Below are positions 38,817 through 51,014 of a stretch of DNA of 64,000 bases, piece after piece. The stretch lies in assembly GCA_964016885.1 (NCBI GenBank), contig OZ024746.1, positions 63,240,001 through 63,304,000 of the forward strand. The letters are read 5' to 3'. Source of the DNA: Eledone cirrhosa. Lineage: Eukaryota. The notes beneath the pieces were generated by a model. The model made no database searches. It was not told the DNA's origin and worked only from the letters and a program-made list of their open reading frames with translations. Numbering within the stretch: position 1 is the first letter of the stretch; every line of letters starts with the position of its first letter. The position numbers and the translations under genes are program-made.

Positions 38817-39069
38817 TATAAACTGTCTGTCTGTGTTTTATTCTTTTACTAGCTTCAGTCACTAGACTGGGGTCATGCTGAGGCACCTCTTTGATTTAGT
38901 TGATCATATCAACTCCAGTATTCATTTTTTTTTCAAGTCAGGTACATATTTTATTGATCTGTGTTGAACTGCTAAGTTACAGGACATAACAGACACACAC
39001 ATACAAACAGCTGTAGAAAGGTTGGAAGGATCAGTAGCATTGCTACAGTACCGGATGTTAAATGATGAT

Positions 39070-39124
<55 letters not shown>

Positions 39125-39128
<4 letters not shown>

Positions 39129-39347
39129 AGGCGCATGGGTGAGTGGTTAAAAAACTGGATTCGCAATCATGAGGTTGTGAGTTCGATTCCCAGACCAGGA
39201 GATGCGTTATGTCCTTGGGCAAGACAATTTATTTCACGTTGTTCCTTCTACCTGGAGTTGCGACCGATAGATAGTATTAGCAATTGGAAAGACCAATAGA
39301 AGCATTGTCCCCTTGGTCCGAGTTGACGAAACTTGATCGACTGTCGG

Positions 39348-39350
<3 letters not shown>
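39125..39350 (+). mobile_element. tRNA-derived SINE family B
   Basis: A/B boxes (TGGGTGAGTGG, GAGTTCGATTCC) and CCTTGGGCAAGACA middle; second copy at 58406-58613. Confidence 0.8.
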
Positions 39351-39403
<53 letters not shown>

Positions 39404-39447
39404 AAGTTAAATAAAAGTCAAATGATTAAAATTTAGCTTTGTTTATT

Positions 39448-39502
39448 ACTGCTATATATATTTCAGTGACAGCCATCTTTGGCTGTGACCTCTTCAGGCA
39501 GT
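39448..39502 (-). ncRNA. Apparently intact minimal type I hammerhead ribozyme
   Basis: Minus strand: ACTGC-CTGAAGA-GGTCACAGCCA-AAGA-TGGCTGTCACT-GAAA-TATATA-TA/GCAGT-AATAAA; 5-bp helix I, 10 of 11 pairs in helix II, palindromic mini helix III, AUA cleavage triplet. Confidence 0.85.
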
Positions 39503-39761
39503 TTGAATTAGTATGGTATAGACAAGTACATATGTTGTTTAGGTGTATAATATTGTCAATACTCTGATATGCCCAGTTTCTTGTTTGGTTGTTAATTCAC
39601 TGAGGAACTGGAGTCATATAAACTCAAAATCTATATATATATATGAGTTTCTGCAACTTCCATCTAACAAATTTCACTTATAAGGCATTAATCAACTCAT
39701 GGCTATGCTGAACCCAGAACCACATGGCTGCAAAGCAAACTCCTGAAGCATACAGCCATGC

Positions 39762-39807
<46 letters not shown>

Positions 39808-39851
39808 CAGAAAAAAAAGAGAATCAGTGTTGCGACGAATGGAATTTATTG

Positions 39852-39947
39852 GACATATTACAATCATTTCTCTGGCGACCAGCTCGAGGCACGATCGATC
39901 CGATGATTGAACCTGACTCTGAAAATCGCAAGGTCCTCAGATACGTC
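39852..39947 (-). ncRNA. Minimal type I hammerhead ribozyme with long helix II (partly decayed)
   Basis: Minus strand: GACGTAT-CTGAGGA-CCTTGCGAT...GTCGCCAGA-GAAA-TGATTG-TA/ATATGTC-CAATAAA; 7-bp helix I, GUA triplet. Confidence 0.72.
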
Positions 39948-40030
39948 TTGATTCTACGAAGCTGATTTTCATGAGAGCATCGAGTGCTCAAACGGCCTAC
40001 CGCATACGGACACTTTAAGCATCCAACACC

Positions 40031-40064
<34 letters not shown>

Positions 40065-41523
40065 CTGGTTTCGGTCATTGGACTGCAGCTATGCTGAGCC
40101 ATTCAATAGTTTTAAAGATGATGATTAGAGGTCCATTCCAGTGCCCTGAAACCAGAGCTGTGTTCTAGCATTTTGGGGATTAGATGATATCTCACATTTT
40201 CACAACTAATTTTGTGTGTATGATAGTTACTTTATTTATTCTCTTAGCCTGTTTTTCTCTGTCTCTTGTTTTGTCAGTCTCTCACTATCAAGTGCTCCTA
40301 GGCAAAGTATTACTGGTTTTATGAATTGGCTCAGGTTCTTCAATACAAAACTGTTTAGTTTAAAGGGTTTATATTTATCTAAAAACCTCCCATTATAATT
40401 TTATGTAAGAACTTTTAAATTATGTAGTTAACACCAACTTTAAATGAGAAAGTTATACAGTGAAATTCCATTATAACGAAATTCACGGGGTATAAAATTT
40501 GTTGTAACCAAAAATTCTTTATAACAAGATCGACCGAAACAAATTGAGCATTTGTTTGTTGTTACTTCAGGGAATGAAAAACAAATTGTTACACTGAAAA
40601 ATTTGTTATAAATGTATTTGTCATAATGGAATTTTATCTGTATTATGAAACTCTTCAAAGTGTTTTTCAAAATTATTTGAAACTCATAAGCAGAGTTTTT
40701 CATTAGAAATATGGTAGCAAAAGGGTTAATGATTGTTGCCGGTTATCACAATAAGTTCAATTCCCCAAACTCTTAGTTAATCTTTTCTCAGAAGATACTC
40801 AATGTCATTCATTCATTTCTCTTACTATCTTAGTGAGAGGGGATTAAGTACTTTCAACAATGAGTCAAAAACAAACATGCTAGTTAAAGTAAGCAGATTT
40901 ATAAGGATTACTATGTAGATAATATAACCAGATAATATCTTAACTATTATTTACCATTTGATGTCATTTAAACTCAGGTGATTACTTGCTCTTATTTCTT
41001 ATTTTCATTTTATTTCATTTTATCTAAAGTTTTATTTTTTATTTAATTTTAAGTGAAATAATGAAAGGCATAAAGAAATAAAATTAACTGATTCCTAGTA
41101 AACCCTGTAATTTAATATTTTCACCTGCAACCCATGTAATTAGCTAAAACACCTTGAGTAGTTTAAAAGGAGAAAAATCACAATGAATTCTTCACCTGTT
41201 CTCTTTGTTTCTGCTTCATGAAGATATGAATTAAACATCTTTAAATACTAGTGTACCCCTGTTGTCAAAAATTAGTTTTATTAACCATAGAGAATGCTAC
41301 ATCTGTTCAAAACAACAGCGAAAACTATTAATAAATGTCTTAACTAAAGACTTTGCACTATTCAGTAGTAAAATATTACCAAACTAAGTTTTATATGGTA
41401 TGTCAGTATGTCTTAACCTTTAAATACATACATATACATACATGAAGAAACTTGTGGAGCTCGAGTTGAAACAGGTGAGCTCTCATTAAGACTGCATCTT
41501 TTAACTAAATACATATTTACATA

Positions 41524-41600
41524 CAGGGTGTCCCAAAAAATGTATACATACTTCAATAGCAGATATCTCAGTGTATATACATTTGGTGGGGGATACACTG
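41524..41600. mobile_element. 77-bp Tc1/mariner-type mini-MITE
   Basis: TA-CAGGGTGTCCCAAAAAATGTATAC ... GTATATACATTTGGTGGGGGATACACTG-TA. Confidence 0.65.
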
Positions 41601-41640
<40 letters not shown>

Positions 41641-41882
41641 TACATACCAGCATTACAAGGGGCCCGATTACAGGGTCGGGTAAGATCAATATAGATCGAA
41701 CCTTGAGCTGATCACTGGTGAAACGCGAGTCACCAACCAATAAATGTAATGAAGGAGTAACCAATCGTCCTTGTTATCTTTTCACTATAATACACTCTGT
41801 CTAGCTCTACACCTCGACACTGAAGTGAACCTAAACATCGAGTGCTCACCTGAGTGAACCTACAGTAACTCCAAGTTGCGCA

Positions 41883-41957
<75 letters not shown>

Positions 41958-42160
41958 GCGCATACACACACACACACACATACACGCGCGCATACACATA
42001 CACATACACACACACATACATACATACACACACTTAGTAAAAATCTTTTGATAAAATGAAATCAACATAACTGAGACCTTTTTTGGCATTTGATATTCAT
42101 TACACAATAACCATCTTCAGTGAAGAAAAATAGTTCAATGCATGCTTGGTACTGTAATAT

Positions 42161-42570
42161 TAATTGTTTCTACTTTAGACACAAGGCCAGCAATTATCCC
42201 AGTGTATTACTGGTACTTTATTTTATCGACCCCCGTAAGGATGAAAGGCAAAATTAACCTCAGCGGGTTTTGAACTTAGACCGTAAAGGGCCGTAACTCT
42301 ATGCTGCAAAGCATGGCGTCCAACCCTCTATCGATACTGCCAATCTGCCATGATTTCTGATTTAGGCACATGGCCAGAAAATGTTGGGTACGGGCAAAGT
42401 TGATTAACTCAACGCAAGTTCTTGACTATTACTTTATTTTACCTACTTGCTGAGGGATGAAAGACGGTTGACTGCAGCAGGATTTGAACTCAGAACGTAA
42501 AGAGCCAGAACAAATAACACAGCAGCATTTTATCTGATGCTCTCCCAATTCTGCTGACACACCACCCTCA
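42161..42570 (-). mobile_element. Two tandem tRNA-related SINEs of family C (GCCTTTCATCCTT..GGGTCGATAAAA central domain)
   Basis: Reverse complement of 58134-58326. Confidence 0.78.
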
Positions 42571-42781
42571 TGATAATTATTGTTTTCATTGTCATTTGCA
42601 AAGTTTCCATCAAGTTATTATAATATTGGGTGGTATACTTCTATAGAGGTCAGGGATATACATGTTGTTGTTGTGTTGTTGTTGTTGCTGCTGTTGTCGT
42701 CGTTGTCGTTGTTGTTGTTATGCACTATTACTAATCTACTGAGCTATCATTGCTTTGATATTTCAGTTTTTCTTATTTATG

Positions 42782-42827
<46 letters not shown>

Positions 42828-43028
42828 TTGTCTTTATTTTCTGTAAGTTATTATATTGATAGTTTAATAGGCAGTGTGTTTTTCTCTGTATTGTTAGTTT
42901 TGATAATGAAACTGATATGGTATCTAGTGTTTGACAGGGGATGTCGTGGGAGTTGCTGGGAAGATTTTTGCTTTTATCATCATAATAATCACCATTTAAT
43001 GTTCATTTTCCTTGCTAGCAAGGGTTAA

Positions 43029-43490
43029 CCCTTTAGCATTTACATTACTCTCTATATATACTATTGTATTTTCATGGTAAATGCTTTACCTCACATAATT
43101 ATCTCATATAATATCAAAGCTATGAGATTTTGATGTTATTTATTTTGAGAACAATACCTTAACATCAGTATGAGTGGCCAGTTATAGCTGGTTTGAACAG
43201 AAAGAGGTGAGAGAATTCTGGCTAGATATGGCCAGTTTAAATGCAAAAGGGTTAATGTCCATTTTCATTGCTTACAAGGGTTAATCCTTTAGCATTTACA
43301 TTACTCTATATTTCTATTATATTTTCACGCTAAAGGCTTTATCTCACATAATATCGAATCTATGAGATTTTGATATTATTTATTTTGAGAACAATACCAT
43401 AATGTCAGTATGAGCAACCAGTTATGGCCAGTTTGAACAGAAAGAGGTGAGAATTCTAGCTAGATATGGCCAGTTTAAATGCTAAAAAGT
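43029..43490 (+). mobile_element. Tandem pair of piggyBac-type MITE family 1 (43029-43251, 43285-43490)
   Basis: Both are TTAA-bounded and preceded by a similar 29-bp RTE-tail fragment. Confidence 0.85.
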
Positions 43491-44386
43491 TTAAATGAGT
43501 CAGTATTCAAGTGTAGTTATTGACCTCTCATAGGTTGGGGAGGGGGGCTGCATCTTACACTAGGGATATTGTCATGTCTTTGACACAGATGAAGGGTCCC
43601 CCTGATCCTTTGCTAAGGCTTTCTGTGGCCGGATGCGCTTTTTATCACCTACCATTTTACAGTGTACTTACTGGGTGTGTCTATTGTATAGATCACCAAT
43701 ACTAGAGAGGTTGTTGGCATGGTTTCTACAGCAAATGCCCTTCCTATCTCCAACCACCTAACAGATGCATTTTTCATGGCACCAGTACTGGAAAAGTTGT
43801 CTGTCTTTGTCACAACTGAAGAGCCCTCTCTACTCTATAGCGGAGTGGGGATGAGAAGAAAGATAAGTATGGGGTCATGGGTGTATGACAAGTGTGGTGG
43901 GTTTTAACACAGTGAAGATGGGGGTCCCCAGCTCATCTGAGAAGTCAGTAGTTCTGATTGAGTACTTACTTGGTTTCTGACAGCCTGTCCAACCTTTGCT
44001 TGCAGGAAAACCAGACATTAAAGGATGATGAGGAGTCACTTGACTCTTTTGATACTAACCATGGTTCTGATACAAAACTACCTGCTTTAAAGTGTTCTTC
44101 CTTATATTAAAACACTCTATCAAAATTTTATGTAAGACTTTTTTGTTAATGTTCCAAACACCTTAATCATGAAAAGGTTACTCTACTAAATTCCTTTATA
44201 TCTTTTATTATTATCAAAATTAATTGAAACACATGGTCTCTTTCATTAGAAATATTCTAATGAAAGATTGATTGCTCTGCATCCACAAAATAAATGTATG
44301 GTTTTTGTTCTAAAACTTCAAATATTTATCTGCTGCATCATCCTCAATATGCTCATTTAATTTTACCATTTTAATTTTATCTGCAG

Positions 44387-44585
44387 ACCTATCATGAAGA
44401 ACTATTACAAAAGTCCCCTCGCCACAAGTTATTAAATGACTATGCTCGCCAGTTGCTCAAGCGATATCCAACTTTAAAAGGAGACATTTACATACGGCTA
44501 CAGCTACTAAATGGTCAGTGGCAAAAAATTGAACAAGCAATATCTCCATCAAAGGGTGTACAAGACTGGACAACAATGCTTAATG
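44387..44585 (+). CDS. Third coding exon of the same gene (spectrin-repeat-like helices)
   Basis: Acceptor TTTTATCTGCAG|, TYHEELLQKSPRHKLLNDYARQLLKRYP...RLQLLNGQWQKIEQAI..., donor G|GTGAGT phase 1; next exon not found in the window. Confidence 0.88.
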
Positions 44586-46863
44586 GTGAGTCTCTTTTTG
44601 ATTTAATAATCTTCCCCTGCAACAAATTAAATCACTCTCTCAGTGTAGAAATTTCGCTGTTTTTTTTTTGTTTTGTTTTTTTTTTTGTTTTTTTTTTTGT
44701 GTGTGTGCTTTTTGTTGGGTGAAAGGTTTTAAGATTGATATACTGAATATATTCACTGAATTATTTTTAGTCCAAATTTTCCTGTTTTGTTACCCCTGGT
44801 CTACATACTTTACTCTGTCTGCTCTGTTTATGCCTGTCTGTTTAACTGAAGAATTAGTTGGTTGTTAGATGTTGGAAAGACTAGCAGATGTAAAACTATT
44901 CATCTCCAGCAATATGAAAAATTAGACAAAAAGTAGCTAAATATTCAAATAAATCACCTAAAATCAATACTTGTTACAAAATTAAAAACAAAAATCAATA
45001 AAAAAAATGTTTATATTAAATATATTTTTGAAGCCTCGGTTCACTCTTATCAAATGTGTGATGTATCCTTGAGCAAGATACTTCATTTTACATTGCCGAG
45101 TTTGCTCAGCTGAAAATATGGACTTGCATCCTGTCCAGTTCTTAATCAGTTACTTTTCTCCTAGAGGGGGTCATGATTTATGTAGGAAATTAGGGGTTAA
45201 ACCTTGCAATGAACTTATATCCTGTCCAGAGAGAAGTCTTGTACCCTTAGTTGCTTAACACCCCCCATAAAAGTAAGTTCCATGTGATAAACCTCTAGTC
45301 TCAAGAAAGACTTTAACTTTTTATATGAGCAATCGTTTCCAGTCATCACTTGTATATTTTGTGATCTTAACTTAGAACAGGATTTGCCACGATGTTTGAG
45401 GCTAATCAGAGCAAGATCTTACACAACACTTTCTTAAAGCCATTGTTTACCAGCTTGCAAATTTCCTATCATTTGGATCAGATGTTTCCTGTCAGGCCAC
45501 TCAAATGTTGCTAAAACTGCAAACTAAAGGCTAGGCTTCCTTTTCAGTTTAAGAAAATACATAAGATCTGATAAGTGAACCTTTATTAAACTCATATGCA
45601 ACTCACATTGGTTCCTGTTCACATAACTGGAAGAGAGTTGTAGCCACACATTCAAATCACCAAGGCTGCATCTATAAAAGGGGGGCATCTATCTGATTAA
45701 AAAATATTTACTCACCATCAAACTAAGACCACACCACTAGCCCCAAGATGTTCTGTTTTTCTTGTTGCACACCCACTTCACTCACTCAACACTCTACTAT
45801 AATGTAAGACAATAAAGACTCCTTTTGATCACGAATGACCATGGGTTTTGCACCTAGAAAGTTCTCCTCTGAGACACAAGCCCAAGTATGACCACATAGA
45901 GTAGGGGTCTCAAACTACTTTTCTATGGTCTGCAGCAAAACAATTTTGTTTGCCTTGTTTTAATATTTATAATACATTTTCTTGTATTTTACCCATGAAA
46001 TACAATAAATTGGAAAAAAAAAAAACGGAATTTATCATGAGTGAAAATGGAAAAATGGGAATTTACTAAAAGTAAGAATAGAATTAAGAAAAATTTGAAA
46101 TGGAAAAATTTGTTCCCTCCATTTTGTTCGAATTCACATAGCCCACTAACTATCATTTAGTCATTTTGATAAAGCAGCCTATCAACTGTATTGCAGATTA
46201 GCATATTGGAAATCACGCTACCACCCTGCCTCACCACACTTTTTGCCCTCTGTCCCTCTCTCCCTAAGATGTAATGGCTATTTTCACTCTTTGAGTTGGA
46301 GACCTCTGACATAGAGACTCTTATGTATTTCGTTTGACTTAATATATAAGTATCCCAGCATTGCCTAGAATTATATATTCCATTCAACACTGATACTATT
46401 TAACTTGTTGAAGATATTCTTAATGTGGTTGTTAGTAACAGTTGTGTTAAGTTAAATCCAGAACGCAATTTTCAATCCAAGTATTGTTGAATAGGAAATT
46501 ATAAATGAACATTAAAAATGTTTAAATGGCAGAACTACAGTATTTACATGCAAGAAACCCAATTTACGTTGACAGCGCTGTGCTTCTAACCCAAGGGGAA
46601 TAACTCTTTGATTTTTTTTATGAAATTTTGCTTCAATCGCTTTGCTATAATTTTTTAATAGAATATTTTTACTTCTGCTCACGGAAAAGACATGTAATTT
46701 GTGCTTTAAAGTGTTCAAATTTGACGTTTCTTTTTATCTCTTAAACGCTTTGGTGTTTAGTTCCACATCAACCTTGCTCAAGCAGGCCTGTAATTAAAGA
46801 CGTAACTACGTTTATTCTTATTGAGACATTACCCATTGTCTTCCCATTTTAGATGTTTAATAA

Positions 46864-47045
46864 TAATTGTTTCTACTTTTGGCACAAGGCCAGCAATTAT
46901 CTCAGTACATTACTGGTACTTTATTTTATCGACCCCGTAAGGATGAACGGCAAAGTTGACCTCGGCATGATTTGAACTCAGAACGTAAAGGGTCATAACT
47001 ATGCTGCAGAGCATGGTGTCTGACGCTCTACTGATACTGCCAATA
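46864..47045 (-). mobile_element. SINE family C
   Basis: Near-identical to 42161-42352. Confidence 0.8.
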
Positions 47046-48361
47046 GGCATGCCGTACTGATGATGCGCAGACATGCGCTGTTGCTACGTCATTTCCTACT
47101 TTACCTCGATGTTGTCGCCATTCGCTAGACACATGTTTCCACAGCTCGTCTCATTGACAGATCTGCAGTCTTGGGTCTTGCAGCCCTCAGCCAATCTGGC
47201 AGTACGATAGGTGGAAACTCTGCTTTAGAGTCTGGGATAGGTTTAGCAACGAGTAAAAACGACGACGTTCTTGGGTTGACTTTGAACGTCGACGAAAATC
47301 AACTAATCACTCTTTTCTGGGGTTGTCCAGTTCAGAGCTCTAGCTTCCAGAAATTCCTGGCCTAGCAGTGCTACCGAGGGGTTTTGCCACTTTGAGATAA
47401 ATTCTACAGGCATGGAAGTACCGTATAAAATATTTTATCCTTACCCCGTCATATAAATTGTTATCTTTGGTTGATAATTAGTATCAAAATAAACTAATAC
47501 GTGGAAGCTAAATATGAAATTTAATTGAATCTGTTTCCAAGTTTTATAGATTTTTTTTTTTTTTTTTTAAATCTATAAAATTTGTATTCAGCGAATTTCA
47601 AATTGTTTACAAAAATAAAAAAATAACGCAATTAAAGGGGTGGCCAACGGACTCCTACACTACTGTGTCGGTGATACGTCTCAGATAGTAAGGGAGAATA
47701 CTCTGTTTTACCTGAATTAGCTCCCTTTATAAAATGACAATTATAAATATCAAAACTCGATTAATTACCAAATCGATATTTCACACCTATCCTTTTTGTT
47801 TTATATTCATATTTATTTGCTTGTCCCATTTATTTTTACCAGTGAATAGCTTTTATATTTATTTCTTTTGTAATTGACAGAGCAATTAAATAGGTGTAAT
47901 CCAAACATATGTCGCTGTTATATCAATCATTTTAGTTACAATATCTGTATTATATTAAATTAGTTCATTACTTTAAGCTGAACTAACTCTGTTGGAAACA
48001 GGGCAGTTCTTTCTTTAAAACAGACCAATAATGTTCTTTATGGTTTAGTTTTACTAAACTTCCTTTAAATGAATATGTACTGAGGCAGAGAATTTTACTA
48101 AATAATTTCCACTGGAAGATCAGAACATCAACTACTAAGGTTGTAATCACATTTTTTTAACTAATTTTAATTTGAGAAGAAAATGTAGGAGTTTGATTTG
48201 ATATTACTTTAAACAATTTAAACAATTCATATTGTATTTTTTTCTTGTTTACATTTTAATACTAGCCTGAAAAAATAAGGAATTGTTTTAAAAGTCTCAT
48301 GCATTACAAAATAAAGATGAATTGTGGGGAAGATGATTCCCTAAAATATTCCTGTTTGAGT

Positions 48362-48407
<46 letters not shown>

Positions 48408-48558
48408 TTATGTGTGTATATATATATTTATATATGTGTGTGTGTATATATATATATATATATACTAAAAACAATGATTGTTGAGAGCTTACTCCTGTTT
48501 TTACCAAAACAATCTTTTCCGAACACGCACATGCGCGGGCGCGTGTGTATGTGTTTCA

Positions 48559-48812
48559 TGGAGGTGTCACGGCAAAAAAAGCATCCAGCCCACACTGTAA
48601 AGTGCATGTGGTGGTGTCAACTCCACGACCACTTTACAGTGGAATGATAGGCACCCCAGTCCCTATCATCTCAGTTCTACAGCTGAGTAAACTGGAGCAA
48701 TGTGAAATAAAGTGTCTTGCTCAAGGACACAACACATCACCCGGTCTGAGAATTGAACTCACAACCTTTCGATTGCAAGGCCAATGCTCTAACCACTAAG
48801 CCATGTGCCTCC
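48559..48812 (-). mobile_element. SINE family A, tail-less, with an internal inverted segment (48559-48619)
   Basis: Head and middle on minus; the adjacent RTE-derived unit is in plus orientation. Confidence 0.8.
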
Positions 48813-49452
48813 ACTGTATATATATATATGTGGAACTTGACCACCACAGAATCCACTAAACATCATAGGATTTTACCAACTTTTCAACCATCCTCTTACA
48901 GAATCACCTATATAACTCACCCACACACACACCCCAAAAAAACTTTTTTCTCCACACGCCACCTACACCCACAACACGCTTAAACCCCACACACACGTGC
49001 TTTCCACCACATATTTACACCCTCAGCCTCCTGATTCTTCTCCCCCCACCCCTCTATCCACACACGCACAGACACTCCGACCTACAAACCCCCACACACA
49101 CACACACACCTCTTCCTGAACATGCAACCCCGTTCTTCCCCCAACCCTTACTTTCACACACACACACACCACCTTCAGCCCTCCCCGCTCGGACACCCCG
49201 TCTCCCTCTCCCCACTCCACCCGCCACCACCCCTACACACCCCACACCCTTCCACCACCTGTTTTACCCCCCTTTTAATTTCAGTTTATTTTGATCATGC
49301 TTTTATATTTAAATTTATTTCATTCCTTGTATTTTGATCATGCTTTATTTTTATTTTTATTTTTAATTTCATTCGCACCGTTTCCTTTCGCTATATGTCT
49401 CTCCACCACTCCCCTACACACCCTTTGAACTCTGTTCCCACACACTTCTCAC

Positions 49453-49480
49453 CTGAGGAAGGGCTTATGCCCGAAACATC
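49453..49480 (+). ncRNA. Degenerate minimal hammerhead core in a Penelope-like 3' region
   Basis: CTGAGGA-A-GGGC-TTAT-GCCC-GAAAC-ATC, AATAAA about 40 nt downstream; helix I not restorable. Confidence 0.45.
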
Positions 49481-49717
49481 GTTCCCCACCACCACCCCAC
49501 TCTCCAGAGCGTGAAATTAATAAACATTATAATAATAATGAAATTATTGTGTAAAGTGCTCAGGTGCACTACAACTCGTCAATATAGTACATAGAATAAT
49601 TTCGTTGTACTGCCTCTGTTTTGTTCCTGTTCAAATTTTTCCATTATATATATACATATTTATTAAAATAACAGATTAAAGTTTAAGCAAAGAATCGGTG
49701 TATTATATAAAAGTATT

Positions 49718-49748
<31 letters not shown>

Positions 49749-49815
49749 TTGTGTGTGTATATATATATATATAAATATATATATTTATGTGTGCGTATAT
49801 ATATATATATATTTA

Positions 49816-49848
<33 letters not shown>

Positions 49849-50154
49849 ATATAAAATATTAAAAAAATAATGAATAAAACAAAGAAACAGTTCCTTATAT
49901 TAAACAAAAAAAGTTCATTATTTAACGATCGTTTCTAGGACATATATGTGTTAGAATTGGCATGTACAATTGGCATACACAATGGAAAAACAATACTTGT
50001 CATACGGATTGGACACTACCGTAAACTTTTGGTAGATTTATCTATATATATAAATATATATATTTATGTGTGTGTATATATATATATATATATATAAATA
50101 TATATATTTATGTGTGTGTATATATATATAAATATATATATTTGTGTGTGTGTG

Positions 50155-50185
<31 letters not shown>

Positions 50186-50226
50186 TTGTGTGTGTATATA
50201 TATATATATATATAAATATATATATT

Positions 50227-50259
<33 letters not shown>

Positions 50260-50260
50260 T

Positions 50261-50300
<40 letters not shown>

Positions 50301-50330
50301 TATATATTTATGTGTGTATATATATATATT

Positions 50331-50379
<49 letters not shown>

Positions 50380-50413
50380 GTGTGTATATATATATATATA
50401 TATTTTATGTGTG

Positions 50414-50448
<35 letters not shown>

Positions 50449-50452
<4 letters not shown>

Positions 50453-50907
50453 TGTTATACTTGGGGAGGGTCATATTTGTGTAATATTGCCAGAATTAAT
50501 AACAGAACACACTCACTGTTTGGTTGGTTTTCGCTTCTGTGTCTTTTATATATATATATCGGTAATCTAATTTAATTTATTCGGTCCTCAATGTTGCCAT
50601 TGACTGACCGGCGGTCAAAAATAATACAGATACAATATAGACACAAACACATATATATAGTTTATCAGAGTTCTTTCGTTGCACATCTGCAACATCGTCA
50701 GTGGTGCTATTTTTTCCTCCCGTTGCATTGTATGTCTATGCCATTTTTCAATGGCAACATTGAGGACCGAATAAATTAAATTAGATTACCGATATATATA
50801 TAAAAGACACAGAAGCAAAAAGCGAAAATCAACCCAACAGTGAGTGTGTTCTGTTATTAATTCTGGCAATATTACACAAATATGACCCTCCCCAAGTATA
50901 ACAATAT
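50449..50907. mobile_element. Fold-back (about 155-bp inverted arms) with a minus-strand hammerhead-like core in the loop; Penelope-like inverted termini
   Basis: Arms 50449-50603 and 50748-50907 are near-perfect reverse complements; loop reads on minus CCA-CTGACGA-T-GTTGCA-GATG-TGCAAC-GAAA-GAAC-TC/TGATA (50663-50706). Confidence 0.72.
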
Positions 50908-51014
50908 TTGTTTCGACACACGATTTCATATTAAAAACCTCGCAAAACTAATATATATATATATATATATATTTGTGTGTGTATATATATATTTTATGTG
51001 TGTGTATATATATA

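Noticed and set aside
42070-42125. Minus-strand CTGAAGA-TGG...GCC-AAAA-AAGGTC remnant
   Set aside because: GAAA is mutated and helix I is absent; too decayed to call
47057-47080. CTGATGA-T-GCGCA-GACA-TGCGC stem resembling hammerhead helix II
   Set aside because: Not followed by GAAA; better read as an NRF1-like palindrome
47210-47342. Resemblance to RNase P RNA CR-I (GGTGGAAACTCTG) and CR-V (TCCAGTTCAGAGCT)
   Set aside because: Only 5 bp of potential P4, conserved AC of CR-V missing, spacing much shorter than typical; an Rfam cmscan hit would be needed
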